A stretch of DNA of 35,849 nucleotides. Origin: a virus. Lineage: Duplodnaviria; Caudoviricetes. Position numbers and translations under genes: made by a program. Of the stretch, positions 33,236-35,849 are shown piece after piece. Position 1 is the stretch's first letter; the number at the start of each line of letters is the position of its first letter. The DNA is taken from positions 1 to 35,849 of IMG/VR virus record IMGVR_UViG_3300017766_002073; one strand, 5' to 3'. Below the pieces are notes generated by a model. The model made no database searches. It had not been told where the DNA came from and worked only from the letters and a program-made list of their open reading frames with translations.

Positions 33236-34262
33236 ACCGACTATCTACAGCAAGGAAATCTGGCTGATGGTGCCAGGGGTCCCTGTTGTCACGCAAGGCC
33301 GCGAAGGTAGTTGTGTTGGCAACGGCACGTCTCGGGAGGTGACTCGCCGCGTGCGAAGGGCCAATCCTGCGGATACAAGGGTGTTCAATCGCCATCAGGC
33401 GTGGTGGGACGCTAGAGCCGAGCGGAACATGCAGGACTACAACACCGGGTGTAGTCTGACAGACATGGCGAAAGCTCTTGCAAAGCGCGGGCTTTCTTCG
33501 CTGGAGTGGGACAACGCAGGAAACTACGCTTGGGAGCCCCCCCCGGATGTCCGTGCTGATGCTTTGACAAACAAGCCCATTGTCATGAAGCAAATGCCTT
33601 ACATCAAGGCAGGGCCTAGCAAAGACGATGTGCACGAATCCATTGCGTACTGGCTTGATAAAGGCTATGGGGTTTTGGCAAGTGTGGTCTTGAGCCATAA
33701 CCAAGACGGATTCTTTTACCAAGTCGGCCAGCCAAACCAAATTGACACTTGGGTATGGCGGCATGACGTGACCGATGGGAATTTGGAAGAACATTGCGTT
33801 GTCATCATTGGTCGCAGCTATGACAAAGGGCTGTACTACTACCTGAATTCCTGGGGGCCAGGGTTTGGGGTAAATGGCTGTGCAGCAATGCCGTTTGATA
33901 AGGTTGAGCACGGTTTTCAAAGATGTGTGTTTGACCTGGCCGTGATCACTGAAATCAAAGGAGTGCAAGCCATGCCTGCCAATTTGCCAGCCAACATCCC
34001 GCCTACCGTCCTGAGTGACCCGCAACTTACCGACTTTTACAACCGCATCCGCGCAAAACTGGTTGAAGCCGCTGGAGCTGATGTCAACGGCGATGGCCTT
34101 CCGGACCTTTGGCAAGGTGCTTTGAACAAAATGGCTGACCTTGGCGGATCTGACAAGTTGTTTGAATTGTTGATCCCGCTGCCTCGATTCACTGTGCGCG
34201 ATCAAGTCAACGCAGGCAACATCGCGCCCCCTCCCAATTTGGTGTTTGAGCAGGAGCCATAA
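33228..34262 (+). CDS. Papain-like (C1) cysteine protease, 344 aa
   Basis: QGREGSCVG (oxyanion Gln, catalytic Cys), EHCVVIIG (His), YLNSWGPGFGVNG (Asn); C-terminal DVNGDGLPD. Confidence 0.85.
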   Translation: MPKPTIYSKEIWLMVPGVPVVTQGREGSCVGNGTSREVTRRVRRANPADTRVFNRHQAWWDARAERNMQDYNTGCSLTDMAKALAKRGLSSLEWDNAGNYAWEPPPDVRADALTNKPIVMKQMPYIKAGPSKDDVHESIAYWLDKGYGVLASVVLSHNQDGFFYQVGQPNQIDTWVWRHDVTDGNLEEHCVVIIGRSYDKGLYYYLNSWGPGFGVNGCAAMPFDKVEHGFQRCVFDLAVITEIKGVQAMPANLPANIPPTVLSDPQLTDFYNRIRAKLVEAAGADVNGDGLPDLWQGALNKMADLGGSDKLFELLIPLPRFTVRDQVNAGNIAPPPNLVFEQEP

Positions 34263-35797
34263 TGGCTTTTCTTCCCGTCAAAGACTGTTCTCTGGGCTAC
34301 TTCCCAGACATGATGCCCGAGGAGCTAGCTCAGGGCGCGTGGTCTGGATGTACGAACACGCGGTTTCGCGCAGGGTTTGCGGAGAAATATCGCGGGATGA
34401 CCAACATCTTTGGCACGCCTTCCGCAATCCCCTATTGGATCACCCCCTACGCATCGGTAGTGACTAGGTATTGGGTGACTGGATGTCTTGCGAAGGTTTA
34501 CGCCTATGACGGCACGGCGCAATTCGACATTACTCCGACACCGGCTCCTACAGGAGCGATTGACGACCGATACACAGGCGGCGCGTTTAACGGGGTGCTG
34601 ATCCTCAACAACTCCAAAGACATCCCTTGGTATTGGGGCGGCGCTACAGGCTCGCCTGCGGTCGCTCTGACGGCTTGGGACGCTACTTGGAGAGCTTACT
34701 CCATTCGGCCATTCAAGAACTTCCTTGTTGCAGTTGGGATGAAGAAAGGCGCCAACAATTTCCCGCACATGGTGAAGTGGTCTAACCTTGCGGTGCCTGG
34801 TGCTGTCCCATCGTCTTGGGATGAAACCAACCCGGCAAACGATGCCGGGGAAGTGGACCTTGCCGAAACCGCAGACATCATGGTTGACGCACTCCCCATG
34901 GGGGACCAACTGATCATCTACAAAGAGCGCTCGATGTACTCGATGCGGTTTGTAGGTGGGCAGGACATCTTTGCATTCCAAAGGATCCCTGGCGAAACTG
35001 GAATGCTTGCCCGTGGCTGTGCAGTGGACACGCCAATCGGCCATGTGGTCCTTACCTCTGGTGACGTGGTTGTGCATCAAGGAGGTCCGGCTACCTCAAT
35101 CTGTGATGGGTCAATCCGGAAGTACATTTTCAACACGATGAACTCGATACTTGCTTATCGATCGTTCGTAGTTGCCAATCCTCAAAAGTCCGAAGTCCTG
35201 ATTTGCTTCCCATCGGCGGATGCGGAGACTTGCGACACCGCTGCGGTGTACAACTGGATTACCCGTGCGTGGGGGATTCGTCAACTTAATGCATGCACTT
35301 ACGCCGCTTCCGGGCAGATCAACGCCAATGCAACGATCCTCCAATGGGACGCGGATTCTGATGCATGGGACACCGACGCAACGACTTGGAATGAAAACGA
35401 ATACGCGGCAAACGAGGCGAGAACTTTGTTCTCCCGTGTAACCAACATCAGCGCTTTTGACATTGGTACCACTGATTACGGAGCGATGATCACGTCATCC
35501 CTTGAAAGGACTGGCGATTCGATGGGAGACCCTGCGGCGGTAAAACTTGTTCGAGGCATCCGCCCGCGTATTGACGCACCCACAGGGACAGTCATTAATG
35601 TCACAATCGGGGGGGCCATGGATGCCATGGATCAAGTCAATTGGGGGGCTCCCGTGTCGTTTGTAGTCGGTGCTCAGATCAAAGCAGACGTTTTTGCTTC
35701 GGGCCGGTTTGTCGCGGTGCGGTTTGAATCCACCGACTTTAACCCTTGGCGTATCCGGTCTTTTGATTGGGACGTTGTTCCGGCTGGGTCTTACTGA
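34262..35797 (+). CDS. Tail hub/nozzle (DNA-stabilisation gp10-like) protein, 511 aa
   Basis: Beta-propeller-like W/G-rich sequence (VKWS, QLIIYKE), C-terminal GRFVAVRF; TAATG overlap; podovirus synteny. Confidence 0.75.
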   Translation: MAFLPVKDCSLGYFPDMMPEELAQGAWSGCTNTRFRAGFAEKYRGMTNIFGTPSAIPYWITPYASVVTRYWVTGCLAKVYAYDGTAQFDITPTPAPTGAIDDRYTGGAFNGVLILNNSKDIPWYWGGATGSPAVALTAWDATWRAYSIRPFKNFLVAVGMKKGANNFPHMVKWSNLAVPGAVPSSWDETNPANDAGEVDLAETADIMVDALPMGDQLIIYKERSMYSMRFVGGQDIFAFQRIPGETGMLARGCAVDTPIGHVVLTSGDVVVHQGGPATSICDGSIRKYIFNTMNSILAYRSFVVANPQKSEVLICFPSADAETCDTAAVYNWITRAWGIRQLNACTYAASGQINANATILQWDADSDAWDTDATTWNENEYAANEARTLFSRVTNISAFDIGTTDYGAMITSSLERTGDSMGDPAAVKLVRGIRPRIDAPTGTVINVTIGGAMDAMDQVNWGAPVSFVVGAQIKADVFASGRFVAVRFESTDFNPWRIRSFDWDVVPAGSY

Positions 35798-35849
35798 TGT
35801 ACGTCCCACGCACACCCCCCGCTCAATGGGACCCTGCTTGGTTTGCCCA
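35727..35849. repeat. Terminal direct repeat (circular assembly overlap), right copy
   Basis: Identical to 1-123. Confidence 0.97.

Overview
The window is a complete, circularly assembled dsDNA phage genome: bases 1-123 are identical to 35727-35849, giving a unit length of 35,726 bp. The layout is lambdoid with P22-like podovirus morphogenesis genes. A plus-strand late operon (TerS, TerL, P22-type portal, scaffold, coat, adaptor, tail fibre, two fibre-accessory paralogs, a papain-like protease, tail hub) wraps through the origin into ejection proteins and a lysis cassette (three membrane proteins, GH108 endolysin, DUF1353, small lipoprotein). A minus-strand early-left arm carries ERF, SSB, HNH, a PAPS-reductase-like protein, a DNA methyltransferase and many small ORFs. 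A plus-strand early-right arm carries a NinX-like protein, an initiator with internal iterons, an SF4 helicase, NinG and NinB. A betaproteobacterial host is plausible but is inference only. I could not recognise an integrase, partition genes, CI/Cro, N or Q. Instead, four highly structured non-coding segments sit at control points (about 12.17-12.59, 15.18-15.37, 18.51-18.64 and 23.70-23.94 kb). Three have their own sigma70-like promoter, and two carry an anti-Shine-Dalgarno segment aimed at a downstream leader ORF. These candidate RNA switches are the most interesting signal. All family calls are by motif recognition and synteny; no searches or folding computations were run.
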